Part shown: positions 19,793-29,978 of the stretch, one piece after another | How positions within the stretch are numbered: the first letter of the stretch is position 1 | Layout of the letters: each line of letters starts with the position of its first letter | Origin: Promethearchaeota archaeon Loki_b32 | GTDB lineage: Archaea > Asgardarchaeota > Lokiarchaeia > Sigyniarchaeales > SOKP01 | Assembly: GCA_005223125.1 (NCBI GenBank) | Contig: NJBH01000012.1 | Coordinates: forward strand, 32,001 to 96,000 | Length of the DNA stretch: 64,000 nucleotides | Direction: 5' to 3' | Notes under the pieces: generated by a model | What the model saw: the letters and a program-made list of their open reading frames with translations, nothing else | Told to the model about the DNA's origin: nothing | Database searches by the model: none | Program-made: the position numbers and the translations under genes

Positions 19793-19864
19793 ATAATGTG
19801 AAATACCTTAAGCTATTATTAGTTTTCTAAAAATTAAGGCCTAATTGATGAAAAATTTAGTCTC

Positions 19865-19920
19865 ATGTTAATCATCATTCCCTAACTTCAACTTATTGAA
19901 ATGATGATGATTAATAACAT
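19865..19920. repeat. Imperfect inverted repeat / hairpin in divergent intergenic region
   Basis: TTAATCATCAT (19868-19878) pairs with ATGATGATTAA (19904-19914); inner TTCAA/TTGAA stem. Confidence 0.55.
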
Positions 19921-20092
19921 TTAATTTTATAAAAAATTAAAATTATCTATTTATCTTTATTATAAGAGACTTCTTAAATTATAATTGCTTCTTAAGAAAT
20001 CTAACTTCTAAATAGAATAATAATATATTATTAAGACAAGATTAAAATTATAGATAAATTATTATAAAATAAAATTCACTTCTCTCCTAAAT

Positions 20093-20482
20093 ATGCCCGA
20101 TTCTGACAACGATAAATTTGTTTTAAAGCTTGTACCGTGTTCTCGTTGTGGAAACCCTTTTATGATTAAAAATAATCAAAAAAATTCGGGCGAAATATTT
20201 TGTGATAATTGTATAAAATTAGAACAAAGAAAAAAGCAATTAGCTTCCTCTGTACTTGAATCTCAGAAAGAAATTAAAACTTCTATTAAAGAATATGAAA
20301 ATAAATTAGAATCAGCAGATTCACCAGATACAAAAAAAGCTTATTATGAAAAAATCAAAAAACAGTCTGAAATTTTGACTAAATCGGTTGAGCTCCTCAA
20401 AAAAATTGAAGAAACTAATAATGAGAAATATATCGAAGAATACAAACGACTATTCGAAAAAATGAAAAAGGAAAGTTCATAA
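20093..20482 (+). CDS. Zn-finger + coiled-coil hypothetical protein
   Basis: CSRC...CDNC then heptad-rich charged helix. Confidence 0.65.
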   Translation: MPDSDNDKFVLKLVPCSRCGNPFMIKNNQKNSGEIFCDNCIKLEQRKKQLASSVLESQKEIKTSIKEYENKLESADSPDTKKAYYEKIKKQSEILTKSVELLKKIEETNNEKYIEEYKRLFEKMKKESS

Positions 20483-20501
20483 AAGATCCTTGTAATAACC
20501 A

Positions 20502-21263
20502 TTATTTCTTTATAAAAATTAAACCTATATTTCGGATTCTATTTGTAGAATTATATTTAGCATCTAATTTCATGAACTTAGAAAGAATATTGACAATAAC
20601 ATTCCAAAACTTTCGGAACACAATATTGGATTCATATTTATTTCTCAAGTTTATAAGATTCTGTTCTATTTTTTTTGGATTCGTGGATTGAATGTCTGCA
20701 ATCATCATCAATCTACCATATACACCAAAAGTTTTGAGATTAATTAGATTGAATTTATTGAAACTGTTAATAATTTGGCTTATTTCATAACGTCTGTAAT
20801 GACCTATTATTATATCTTGTGTTGTGTAATATTTCATTCTGTGAGGTACTGTTATTACAGCTATCCCATTTTTCTTCAGAATCCTGCTTATTTCTGATAC
20901 AGCTAATTTATCATCTCTAATATGTTCTAACACATCAAGAACACTTACAAAATCAAAAGTCTCTTCTCTATAGGGTAATTTTACTAGATCGCCGCACATA
21001 GGATGCCATGTTTTTCCATCTGTATATTGCGTTAAAGGAAGGCTGGCAATATCAAAAAAAGATTTGTGTTTAATATTATCTAAAAAAGAGAGAATAGAAT
21101 TTCCAGATGAACCAAGGTCAATACCACATAAGAATTTTCTTTTTGTGTTAATATTATCTTTCAAAAGATCAAATTTACATCTTATTCCAGGAGATAAATA
21201 ATATTCTGATAATGTTCTAAAAGAAAAATTCTTATGCTCATCGTAAAAATCCTTGATTCTCAA
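20502..21263 (-). CDS. Class I SAM-dependent methyltransferase
   Basis: IDLGSSG, LPYREETFD, LDVLEHI, RILKKNG, TVP. Confidence 0.85.
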   Translation of the reverse strand: MRIKDFYDEHKNFSFRTLSEYYLSPGIRCKFDLLKDNINTKRKFLCGIDLGSSGNSILSFLDNIKHKSFFDIASLPLTQYTDGKTWHPMCGDLVKLPYREETFDFVSVLDVLEHIRDDKLAVSEISRILKKNGIAVITVPHRMKYYTTQDIIIGHYRRYEISQIINSFNKFNLINLKTFGVYGRLMMIADIQSTNPKKIEQNLINLRNKYESNIVFRKFWNVIVNILSKFMKLDAKYNSTNRIRNIGLIFIKK

Positions 21264-21353
21264 AATAGTGTGGTCATTAAATTTATTACTATATTTAAAA
21301 AAAGTGTAATATTAAAATTAAACATCGATTAACTTAAAAAAATTATTTTAAAA

Positions 21354-21761
21354 ATGATTCAGCTTAGTGTATATTTGGAAGATAGACCAGGCGAACTTGC
21401 TAATTTTATTAAACTTTTAATGGATAATAAAATTTTTATACGAGCTCTAACTGTGGCAAAAACAAGTGAATATGGGTTAATATTAATTTTGGTCGATAAT
21501 CCTGAAAAATGTATTAATCTTTTGGAAGACAGAGATTTCCTCTTATCTACTACTGATGTAATTGCTGTTAGATTAAATGATCGTCCTTATGCTTTATACG
21601 AAATTCCAAAGACATTAGGCGAAAATGATATCAATATTGATTACTTTTATTCTACTTTAATAAAAGATGAATCTATGCTTATTTTACGTGTTGAAGATAC
21701 GATAATAGAAGAAGCTATAAATCTCCTTGAGAAAACGGGATTTCCTATAGTTGAAAAATAG
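21354..21761 (+). CDS. Tandem ACT-domain protein
   Basis: QLSVYLEDRPGEL...IRAL and second repeat LNDRPYAL...INIDYFY. Confidence 0.85.
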   Translation: MIQLSVYLEDRPGELANFIKLLMDNKIFIRALTVAKTSEYGLILILVDNPEKCINLLEDRDFLLSTTDVIAVRLNDRPYALYEIPKTLGENDINIDYFYSTLIKDESMLILRVEDTIIEEAINLLEKTGFPIVEK

Positions 21762-21898
21762 AAATTAATTTAAGATTCTTAAGTATTTTCTCCCATTTTA
21801 TTCCCAATTAAATTGATATTTTAATTGAATAATAAAACTTAAGAATTTTACGTAATTTAAAGGTATACAGTTAAATTAGTAACAATAAGGTAAGAAAC

Positions 21899-23083
21899 AT
21901 GAGTATTAAGTTTACTGAAGAACAAGAGATGATCCGTGAATCGGTAAGAGAATTTGCGCAAAGTAAAATTGCGCCAATAGCTCTTCAAATGGAAGAGACT
22001 AAGGAAATTCCGAGAGATGTCGTCAAAGGAATGGCAGAATTAGGACTTATGACGTGTACTGCAGATGAAAAGTATGGTGGCGCTGGATTAGATGCTGTAA
22101 GTGCTGGTGTTATCGCAGAAGAATTAGCAAAAGCAGATTGTACTGGTTCTACATGTGTATATTACTTGGTTCCCGCATCATGGGGTTTTCTTTTGAATAA
22201 ATACGGAACAGAAGAAGCAAAACAAGAGATATTCCCTAAAACTGTCTCGGGAGAGTGGTTTCTTGGAATAGCTACAACTGAAAGTGATGCTGGTTCTGAT
22301 GTAGGAGCTACTAAGACAACAATAAAACCAGATGGAGATGGATTTGTTGTGAACGGTGAAAAAATGTATATTAGTGGAGTAAGAGAGGCAGTTACGCATG
22401 GGGGGGGACATATCACAATTGCCCATCAAACTCCTGAGCGTGGGACAAGGGGTATGACTACATTTTATTTACCATTAACAGCTGAAGGAATTACTCCTAC
22501 TTATATAGACGACTTAGGTAGAGAGGGGATTTCATGTGGTGGTTTCAGTATAGATAATGTAAAAATCCCTAAACATTATATATTAGGAGAAGAAAACAAA
22601 GGATTCTATATACTCCATGAAGGATATGAATATGCAAGGGCATTAATTTCTGTTATTTGCGCATCCGCCGGTTTAAAATCGTTAGAAAACGGAATGAATT
22701 ATATTAAAGAACGAAAATCCTTTGGAAAACCTTTAGCACAATACCAAGAAATTAACTTTAGATTAGCTGAACATTATACAAAATTGAATATGCTAAGGGA
22801 TTTGGGTTATAAAGCTTTAAAAACTATTGATTTAGAACAAGCAGGCAAGGTAGGTAGATTCGAAACAAGCAATATTGTGGCTCAAGCGAAAATGTTCTGC
22901 TCAGATTGGGCTTGCGAAGCAATAAATGATGTCATGCAGTGGCAGGGTGCTTTTGGATATTCACGAGAATGCCCTGATCAAGCTGCATGGAGAGCTGTTA
23001 GATCATTCTCACTTGCAGAAGGAACCAAAGAAATAATGAAGATGATTGTAGCAAGAGAACTACTTGGTAAGAAACAATATTAA
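21899..23083 (+). CDS. Acyl-CoA dehydrogenase
   Basis: TESDAGSD, NGEKMYIS, ERKSFGKPL, QWQGAFGY, AEGTKEIMK (catalytic Glu retained). Confidence 0.93.
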   Translation: MSIKFTEEQEMIRESVREFAQSKIAPIALQMEETKEIPRDVVKGMAELGLMTCTADEKYGGAGLDAVSAGVIAEELAKADCTGSTCVYYLVPASWGFLLNKYGTEEAKQEIFPKTVSGEWFLGIATTESDAGSDVGATKTTIKPDGDGFVVNGEKMYISGVREAVTHGGGHITIAHQTPERGTRGMTTFYLPLTAEGITPTYIDDLGREGISCGGFSIDNVKIPKHYILGEENKGFYILHEGYEYARALISVICASAGLKSLENGMNYIKERKSFGKPLAQYQEINFRLAEHYTKLNMLRDLGYKALKTIDLEQAGKVGRFETSNIVAQAKMFCSDWACEAINDVMQWQGAFGYSRECPDQAAWRAVRSFSLAEGTKEIMKMIVARELLGKKQY

Positions 23084-23172
23084 TTAACTTTTTTTTATAT
23101 TTTTAATATTACTATTTAACTCTTATAAGATTGAGATTGATTTTATTATCATAATTTAATTTTGATGAAACT

Positions 23173-23961
23173 ATGAGATTTATCGTATGTGTAAAACAAG
23201 TTCCTGACACAACTGAAGTTAAGATAGATCCTGAGACTAACACCTTGATAAGAGAGGGTGTACCCAGCATTTTAAATCCTTTTGATCAGTTTGCTCTTGA
23301 AGAGGCAATTAAAATTAAACAAGAAGGTGATGAGATTATCGTGATTTCTATGGGTCCACCTCAAGCTAAAAAAGCTTTATTGAAGTGTCTCGCATTAGGA
23401 GCAGATAAAGCAATCTTGCTTAGTGATAGAATATTTGCTGGAGCTGATACTTGGGCGACTTCCTATACTCTTACTCGGTGTATCAAAAAAATTGGTGATT
23501 TTAATATTATATTTTGTGGTTTACAAGCCATTGATGGAGATACCGCCCAAGTAGGTCCCGAAATTGCAGCTCAATTAGGGATTCCACAGATAACATATTG
23601 TGAAAGTGTTGAAAAATTAGAAGGTAAAAAATTAACAGCAAAAGTTCAAACAGATGATGGGTACAAAATTGTAGAAACAAGACTTCCTATACTTATAACT
23701 GGAATTACTCCATCTTCATTTGAGCCAACAAACCCCCCCATGATGAGTATAATGAAAGCAAATAAAAAACCATTTTCTACATGGGATGCTAATGAGCTTG
23801 GGGGTAGTAAGGATAATTATGGATTGAATGGTTCATTAACTGAAGTTATTAAAGTTTATTCCCCACCGGCACGACAGCAGGGTGTTGTTATTGATGAGGA
23901 AACTGCTGAAACAGCGGTTCAAAAATTAATCGATTTATTATCTAAAGATAAGGTGATTTAG
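23173..23961 (+). CDS. etfB: Electron transfer flavoprotein beta subunit
   Basis: CVKQVPDT, NPFDQFALE, FAGADTWATS, QAIDGDTAQVGP. Confidence 0.95.
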   Translation: MRFIVCVKQVPDTTEVKIDPETNTLIREGVPSILNPFDQFALEEAIKIKQEGDEIIVISMGPPQAKKALLKCLALGADKAILLSDRIFAGADTWATSYTLTRCIKKIGDFNIIFCGLQAIDGDTAQVGPEIAAQLGIPQITYCESVEKLEGKKLTAKVQTDDGYKIVETRLPILITGITPSSFEPTNPPMMSIMKANKKPFSTWDANELGGSKDNYGLNGSLTEVIKVYSPPARQQGVVIDEETAETAVQKLIDLLSKDKVI

Positions 23962-23962
23962 T

Positions 23963-25156
23963 TTGATAAATGTAGATAAGGAAAAGTGTACTGGATGTGA
24001 ATTATGTGAAAAAGCATGTCCATTTGGAGCAATAACAATTGTAGAAAAAATTGCAGTAATCGGAGATGAATGCACTCTTTGTGGTGCTTGTGTCGATCAA
24101 TGTAATGTGGGGGCAATTACAATTCAACGGAAAAAAATTGAAGATATTGACTTATCGCGGTATCAAGATATATGGATCGTTGCTGAGATAAAAGACGACA
24201 AGGTTAGAAATGTATCTTTTGAGTTGTTAGGTAAGGCAAAAGAACTTGCAGATGAATTAAAACAAAAAGTTTGTGTCTTACTTTTAGGAGATAATGTAAA
24301 AAAATTCGCTCAAGATTTTTCAAACCGAGGGGCTAACAGAATATATATAGCTGAACATGAAGCTCTTAAAGATTATTATACTGAAACTTATTCTTCTGTG
24401 GTTACTGGTATAATCTCAAAATACAAACCAAATATTGTTCTATATCCCGCAACTATAAATGGAAGGGATTTAGCGCCAAGAGTGGCTGCTACTCTTGAGT
24501 TAGGGCTTACTGCCGACTGTACTGGGTTATCTATACACGATGGCTTATTATTACAAACAAGACCTGCGTTTGGTGGAAACATAATGGCAGATATTATTTG
24601 TCCTGCTACACGCCCACAAATGGCAACAGTTAGACCTAATGTTATGGAAATGGCATCAATCCAAGACAGTAATAATGCAGAAATCATTGATATACCTGTA
24701 AATATAGATCTTCAAGGAGTGAAGGTAAAAACTAAAGAAGTAATCAGTGAAACTGCTTCTGAGTGTGGTATTCCCGTTTGCGAAGCAGATACTATTGTAT
24801 CTGGAGGAAGAGGGGTAGGTAGTAAGGAGAATTTTAAATTAATTGAGGATTTAGCTAAAGTTTTAAATGCAGCTGTGGGAGCAAGTAGAGCTGCAGTGGA
24901 CTTGGGATGGATTCCAAAATCACAACAAGTAGGACAAAGTGGAACCACAGTCTCTCCAAAGATTTACATCGCATGTGGAATATCAGGGACAATCCAACAT
25001 TTAGTTGGAATGAAAAGTAGTGATATAATTATTGCGATAAATAAAGATCCTGAAGCTACGATATTTAACGTAGCAAATTATGGAATTGTAGGCGATTTGT
25101 GCGAAGTTGTACCATTATTAACGAAAGCTTTAAAGAAAAAATTATGTGAAGATTAA
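23963..25156 (+). CDS. etfA: Electron transfer flavoprotein alpha subunit with N-terminal 2x[4Fe-4S] domain
   Basis: CTGCELCEKACP, CTLCGACVDQC, GLTADCT, RPAFGGN, QVGQSG, GISGTIQH. Confidence 0.95.
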   Translation: MINVDKEKCTGCELCEKACPFGAITIVEKIAVIGDECTLCGACVDQCNVGAITIQRKKIEDIDLSRYQDIWIVAEIKDDKVRNVSFELLGKAKELADELKQKVCVLLLGDNVKKFAQDFSNRGANRIYIAEHEALKDYYTETYSSVVTGIISKYKPNIVLYPATINGRDLAPRVAATLELGLTADCTGLSIHDGLLLQTRPAFGGNIMADIICPATRPQMATVRPNVMEMASIQDSNNAEIIDIPVNIDLQGVKVKTKEVISETASECGIPVCEADTIVSGGRGVGSKENFKLIEDLAKVLNAAVGASRAAVDLGWIPKSQQVGQSGTTVSPKIYIACGISGTIQHLVGMKSSDIIIAINKDPEATIFNVANYGIVGDLCEVVPLLTKALKKKLCED

Positions 25157-25217
25157 TAAAAAATTTTTTTATCAAGTCTTTTTTAAATTAAGTTTTTTTC
25201 GAATCTGAATGTAATTT

Positions 25218-25421
25218 GTGTTGGTGAAAGCCCATTTTACAGAAGCTATTAATAAGCTTGAAAAATACATGTCTAGAGAAGAAGCCGAAAAGTTTTGGCA
25301 AATTATGAATGAGTGGGCGAAATGGGTGAAAATTACTCTTAACCCAGAACGAATGGCATCGTGTGATTATGATAAAGATGATAAATGGCAAGAACTGCTA
25401 AATAAAATGGGATGGGAGTGA
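25218..25421 (+). CDS. Small hypothetical protein or gene remnant
   Basis: 67-aa ORF with protein-like composition between convergent operons; weak GTG start. Confidence 0.35.
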   Translation: MLVKAHFTEAINKLEKYMSREEAEKFWQIMNEWAKWVKITLNPERMASCDYDKDDKWQELLNKMGWE

Positions 25422-25422
25422 A

Positions 25423-27966
25423 TTAAAAAAGATCATCATCAAGATCCTCATTACCTTCTGGGAATCTTCCGAATTCTAGCATGAATTGTTGAAGTAATTC
25501 ACTCTCTCTTTTTGTGTACATCGGATCTTCATCATAATCAAAATAACAAGCTTTCGAATTTGTTAACAATTGTTCTTCCAATCCTAAACGTAAATTAGGG
25601 GTTCCTTGTATTAAGATTATTTCTTGATTCTCATTTAAGATTTGAATAGCACCCTCAGTTTCGGGTACATTTTGTATATTTTCAGAAGTTAGTTCTATCC
25701 ATTTTTGAGGCGGGAGTTCTACAGCTGAGATTTCAAAACGTAAATCACATCTTAAACATCTATTAGCTTCTTCTAGAGCTAAATTTTCATCAAAACCCAG
25801 TTCAATTTCACTAAAACTACTTTGGCGTTCTTTTAGTGATAAGAGTGGCATTTGTACACGTGGTTTATCATAAAAACTTTCATCACGTCCCAACCAAGGG
25901 TTTGGAGTATCAGGTTCAACAAATAAATCTTCTATTTCGCAATTTCCTCCTAAATATCTATCAATTGAAGAAGCAGCCTTTCGTCCCATTTCAATTGCAT
26001 CTACTATAGAACTAGGACTACTTGTAACTTCACCACCAGCAAATATACCCGGAATATTCGTCTCTAATGTTCTCTCTTTTGTTTGAATTAATCCTCCGGT
26101 GGAAATTTTGATTTGACTTTCACTTCCTAAAAGAGATAAATCAGGGATTTGCCCTATAGCCATTATTACCATTTCGGTTTTAATAGATTTTGTATTGGTT
26201 TCGTCAAATATGGGACTAAATAAGTTATTAACATCAAATACCGAATCACAATGGATAAGTTCAATTTCAGAGACCTCACCATTCGAGTCAATAACCCTTT
26301 TCGGTCCCCATGAACAATTAAGCGTGATGCCTTCGTCTATCGCTTTCTGAATCTCCCATTCATGTGCTGGCATGTCTTCTCTGCACTCTAGGCAAGCCAA
26401 TTGTACCTCTTTAGCTCCTAATCTTTTAGCTGTTAAAGCTACATCAACAGCTACATTACCTCCACCGATCACAATGACATTATCGGTTACCTTAACTTCT
26501 TCACCAAGATTAACTTTTTTAAGAAAATCTAGACCCCAGAGGATATTTTGTAAATTGGAACCCTCTACATTAAGCTTTTTAGTATTTTGAGCACCAATCG
26601 CCAAAAAAGTAGCATCAAAACCCTTTTCAACTAAATCATCAAGTGTTAAGTGTTCTCCTATAACCTTATCTGTTTGAATATCAATTCCCAGGCTTAATAT
26701 ATAGTCAAGATCTTTTTGAAGGACGGTTCTTGGTAATCGATATTCAGGAATTCCTACTCTTAACATACCTCCTATATAGGAATTAGTTTCAAAAACAGTA
26801 ACCAAATGTCCAAGTCTTCTCAAATAATATGCTACTGTGAGACCTGAAGGACCAGAGCCTACTACAGCTATCTTTTTCCCTGTTGAAGAACCTATTTTTA
26901 ATTTAGGTTTCCATAATTCATTATCATAATCCATTGCAAAACGTTTTAGTGCACAGATAGCAATAGGATCATTAAGTTGGTTTCGACGGCATTCAAGTTC
27001 ACAATCATGAAAACAAACTCTTCCTAGAACTGAAGGAAATGGCGTTTTTTCTCGGACGACTGCTGCTGCTTCAGCATACTTTTTCTCTGAAATGAATCGA
27101 ATATATCGTGGTACATTAATGCCTAATGGACATGCTTCTCTACAAGGAACAAGCAGTTTTTCACGTTCAGCCCAAAGGATATCTTTATCTGTAAGTGCTC
27201 CTGTTGGACAAACTTCAATACAAGCTCCACAAAATTTACAACCCGATTCCTTGAGTGAAGGTGCAAGACTCCCTACTATGGTTTCTCCATTTGAATAAAC
27301 AAATCCTAACGCTTCGATACCACGAACATCTTTACAAACTCTAACGCATCTAGTACATCCGATACATAACTCGTAATTTCGGATAAAAAGTGGTTCATCT
27401 TCAATAATCACACGTCCTTGGGGTTTATAACGTGAAGTATCTTCTCGAATTCCAATATATTCTGCAACTTTTTGTAATTCGCATCGTCCTATTATTGGAC
27501 AACATCTTTCATCTACGGGAACATTAGGTGAACATGGCTCACGAGGGCAACCTTCGCGTTGCGCACAAATTAAACATGCATGAGGATGCTTTGAAAGTAT
27601 AGTCACCAACTTTTCTCGACGTAAGGCTTGAATCTCTGGTGAATCAGTTGAAATTTTCATCCCTTCTTCTATAATCGTACTACAAGATGTCTGTAATCCT
27701 TCATTTCCTTCTATTTTTACAACACATAGTTGACATCCCTGATGTTCTTGGGGTGAATTACCTGATTTATCATTTTCGAATTTATTTTTTCCTTGGAAAA
27801 CATGATCAGTCGGCTTCAATCCTACCAGAGTCGGTAAATCGGGGTGAGCACAAAGACTAGGGATATAAACTCCTGCTTTTAAAGACGCTTCTAAAATTGT
27901 ACTCCCTTTCTTAGCTTCAACTTTTGTTCCATCAATTGTGATTGTATTTGTTTCCATATTAAACAC
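25423..27966 (-). CDS. bzdV: BzdV-like FAD/Fe-S NAD(P)H:ferredoxin oxidoreductase
   Basis: N-terminal NuoG-like Fe-S domains, GltD-like core (PCREACP, GSGPSGL, GGGNVAVD), C-terminal EDPMYTKRESELLQQF domain; context in bzd cluster. Confidence 0.75.
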   Translation of the reverse strand: MFNMETNTITIDGTKVEAKKGSTILEASLKAGVYIPSLCAHPDLPTLVGLKPTDHVFQGKNKFENDKSGNSPQEHQGCQLCVVKIEGNEGLQTSCSTIIEEGMKISTDSPEIQALRREKLVTILSKHPHACLICAQREGCPREPCSPNVPVDERCCPIIGRCELQKVAEYIGIREDTSRYKPQGRVIIEDEPLFIRNYELCIGCTRCVRVCKDVRGIEALGFVYSNGETIVGSLAPSLKESGCKFCGACIEVCPTGALTDKDILWAEREKLLVPCREACPLGINVPRYIRFISEKKYAEAAAVVREKTPFPSVLGRVCFHDCELECRRNQLNDPIAICALKRFAMDYDNELWKPKLKIGSSTGKKIAVVGSGPSGLTVAYYLRRLGHLVTVFETNSYIGGMLRVGIPEYRLPRTVLQKDLDYILSLGIDIQTDKVIGEHLTLDDLVEKGFDATFLAIGAQNTKKLNVEGSNLQNILWGLDFLKKVNLGEEVKVTDNVIVIGGGNVAVDVALTAKRLGAKEVQLACLECREDMPAHEWEIQKAIDEGITLNCSWGPKRVIDSNGEVSEIELIHCDSVFDVNNLFSPIFDETNTKSIKTEMVIMAIGQIPDLSLLGSESQIKISTGGLIQTKERTLETNIPGIFAGGEVTSSPSSIVDAIEMGRKAASSIDRYLGGNCEIEDLFVEPDTPNPWLGRDESFYDKPRVQMPLLSLKERQSSFSEIELGFDENLALEEANRCLRCDLRFEISAVELPPQKWIELTSENIQNVPETEGAIQILNENQEIILIQGTPNLRLGLEEQLLTNSKACYFDYDEDPMYTKRESELLQQFMLEFGRFPEGNEDLDDDLF

Positions 27967-28200
27967 TCTCTAAATATAATTAACCATAAAATTAATTACT
28001 TTTTTTCCCCATAATATTAATTTTTAATTGTTTCATTTCGTTTCTCGAAAGAACTTCAGTATATAAGGATCAATTTTTACTATTTGATAAGAATTTCGAG
28101 AAAAAAAAGATGAATATTTTCATAAAGAATTATAAGAGTGTAAACACGATTTTATAATAAAACCATACAATCAACTTAATAAATAATGTGAGCTAAACTA

Positions 28201-29604
28201 ATGAACAGATTTTTAGATGAGAATTTTCTTTTACAAACAGAAACGGCAAGGAAACTTTATCACGAGTACGCAGAAAGGATGCCTATTTTTGATTATCATT
28301 GTCATCTACCTGTGAAAGATATTGCTAATGATATCTGTTTTGATAACCTAAGTCAAGCATGGCTAGCTGGAGATCATTATAAATGGCGTTTGATGCGCAG
28401 TAATGGCATAGCTGAGAAATTCTGTACTGGTGATGCTACCGATTATGAAAAATTTGAAAAATGGGCAGAAACAGTTCCATTAGCAATCCGCAATCCATTG
28501 TATCACTGGACTCATTTGGAACTTCAAAGATATTTTAATATAAGTGATTTATTAAGCCCAAAGACATGTAAAAATATTTACGATCATTGTTCAAGGATGC
28601 TTCAATCGCCAGAATTCTCAGTTCGGAATTTACTACTTAAAATGAATGTAAAACTTATCTGTACAACAGATGATCCAATTGATTCTTTGGATTATCATAA
28701 AAAAATTAAGGATGATGGCTTTAGGGTTAAAGTTCTTCCTACTTTCAGACCAGACAAGGCTATGGCTGTAAATAACAGTGCTGGATATAACAATTATATT
28801 TCCAAATTAAGAGGAATCTCTGGAATTGATATAAAAAATTTTACAAGTTTGATGGAAGCATTAGAAATTCGTCATAAATATTTTCATGATAGGGGTTGTC
28901 GAGTTGCCGACCATGGAATCTTGTCTTTCTATGCTGAAAGTTATACAGATGTGGAAATAGAAAAAATAACTAATAAGGTTCTTTTAGGGAGAGAACTATC
29001 TGAGATGGAAATTTCTAAATTTAAATCTGCATTTCTCTATGAAATTGCTAGATTAAATCATAAACGTGGGTGGGTACAACAGTTTCATGTTGGAGCACTT
29101 CGTAATATTAACACTCGATTATTCAACGAACTTGGACCTGATATTGGATGTGATTCGATAGGTGATCGCAACTATGGAGAAGAAATGGCTAGATTTTTAG
29201 ATAAACTTGATCAATCACAAGAGCTTACAAAAACTATACTGTATAATTTGAATCCTCGAGACAATGAATTAATTGCAGCTATGACTGGTAATTTTCAAGA
29301 TGGATCTTTTCCCGGCAAAATGCAATTTGGTCCCAGTTGGTGGTTTTTAGATCAAATTGATGGGATGACCAAACAAATTAATAATCTCTCTAATTTTGGA
29401 TTGTTGGGGCGTTTTATTGGCATGACTACGGATTCTCGAAGCTTTTTATCATTTCCAAGGCATGAATATTTTCGTAGAATATTATGCAATTTGATCGGAG
29501 CGGATGTTGAAAATGGAGAAATTCCCTCTGATATGAACTTAATTGGAGATGTAATTGAAAATATATGTTATAATAATGCGGTTAATTATTTTAAATTATT
29601 GTAG
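28201..29604 (+). CDS. uxaC: Glucuronate (uronate) isomerase
   Basis: FLLQTETARKLYH, DYHCHL, GDHYKWRLMR, WWFLDQ, TDSRSFLSFPRHEYFRR. Confidence 0.95.
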   Translation: MNRFLDENFLLQTETARKLYHEYAERMPIFDYHCHLPVKDIANDICFDNLSQAWLAGDHYKWRLMRSNGIAEKFCTGDATDYEKFEKWAETVPLAIRNPLYHWTHLELQRYFNISDLLSPKTCKNIYDHCSRMLQSPEFSVRNLLLKMNVKLICTTDDPIDSLDYHKKIKDDGFRVKVLPTFRPDKAMAVNNSAGYNNYISKLRGISGIDIKNFTSLMEALEIRHKYFHDRGCRVADHGILSFYAESYTDVEIEKITNKVLLGRELSEMEISKFKSAFLYEIARLNHKRGWVQQFHVGALRNINTRLFNELGPDIGCDSIGDRNYGEEMARFLDKLDQSQELTKTILYNLNPRDNELIAAMTGNFQDGSFPGKMQFGPSWWFLDQIDGMTKQINNLSNFGLLGRFIGMTTDSRSFLSFPRHEYFRRILCNLIGADVENGEIPSDMNLIGDVIENICYNNAVNYFKLL

Positions 29605-29649
29605 TTATATCGAATTTAAAAAATAAGTAAAAAAGAAAGGATCTTTATC

Positions 29650-29940
29650 TTACCAAGAATGAGTTATTGCTCCAAGTTCACAGACTTTTACACATGGTAA
29701 TTCTTTTTCTTCACCACTAGGTTTACAAGGAGCACATGAGTACTTTATCTTCTTGCGGTGTTCATCAGAAACGGTTGCAATAATTTCATCACCTAAAGGA
29801 TCTAATTCATCTTCTGCCATTTCAAGAACTCCAGCGGGGCATACTTCTACACATTTACCACATGAATTACATAAATCCGTATCAATAGTAATAAAATATT
29901 CTCCTGAACCATCCTTATAACCATAGTTTGCCTTTGCCAT
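29650..29940 (-). CDS. bzdM: Bzd-type ferredoxin
   Basis: ANYGYKDGSGEYFITIDTD, CNSCGKCVEVCP, YSCAPCKP...PCVKVC, AITHSW. Confidence 0.85.
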   Translation of the reverse strand: MAKANYGYKDGSGEYFITIDTDLCNSCGKCVEVCPAGVLEMAEDELDPLGDEIIATVSDEHRKKIKYSCAPCKPSGEEKELPCVKVCELGAITHSW

Positions 29941-29978
29941 TTATTTCCCTTTATTTTTAATTAATTATTAAAATAAAT

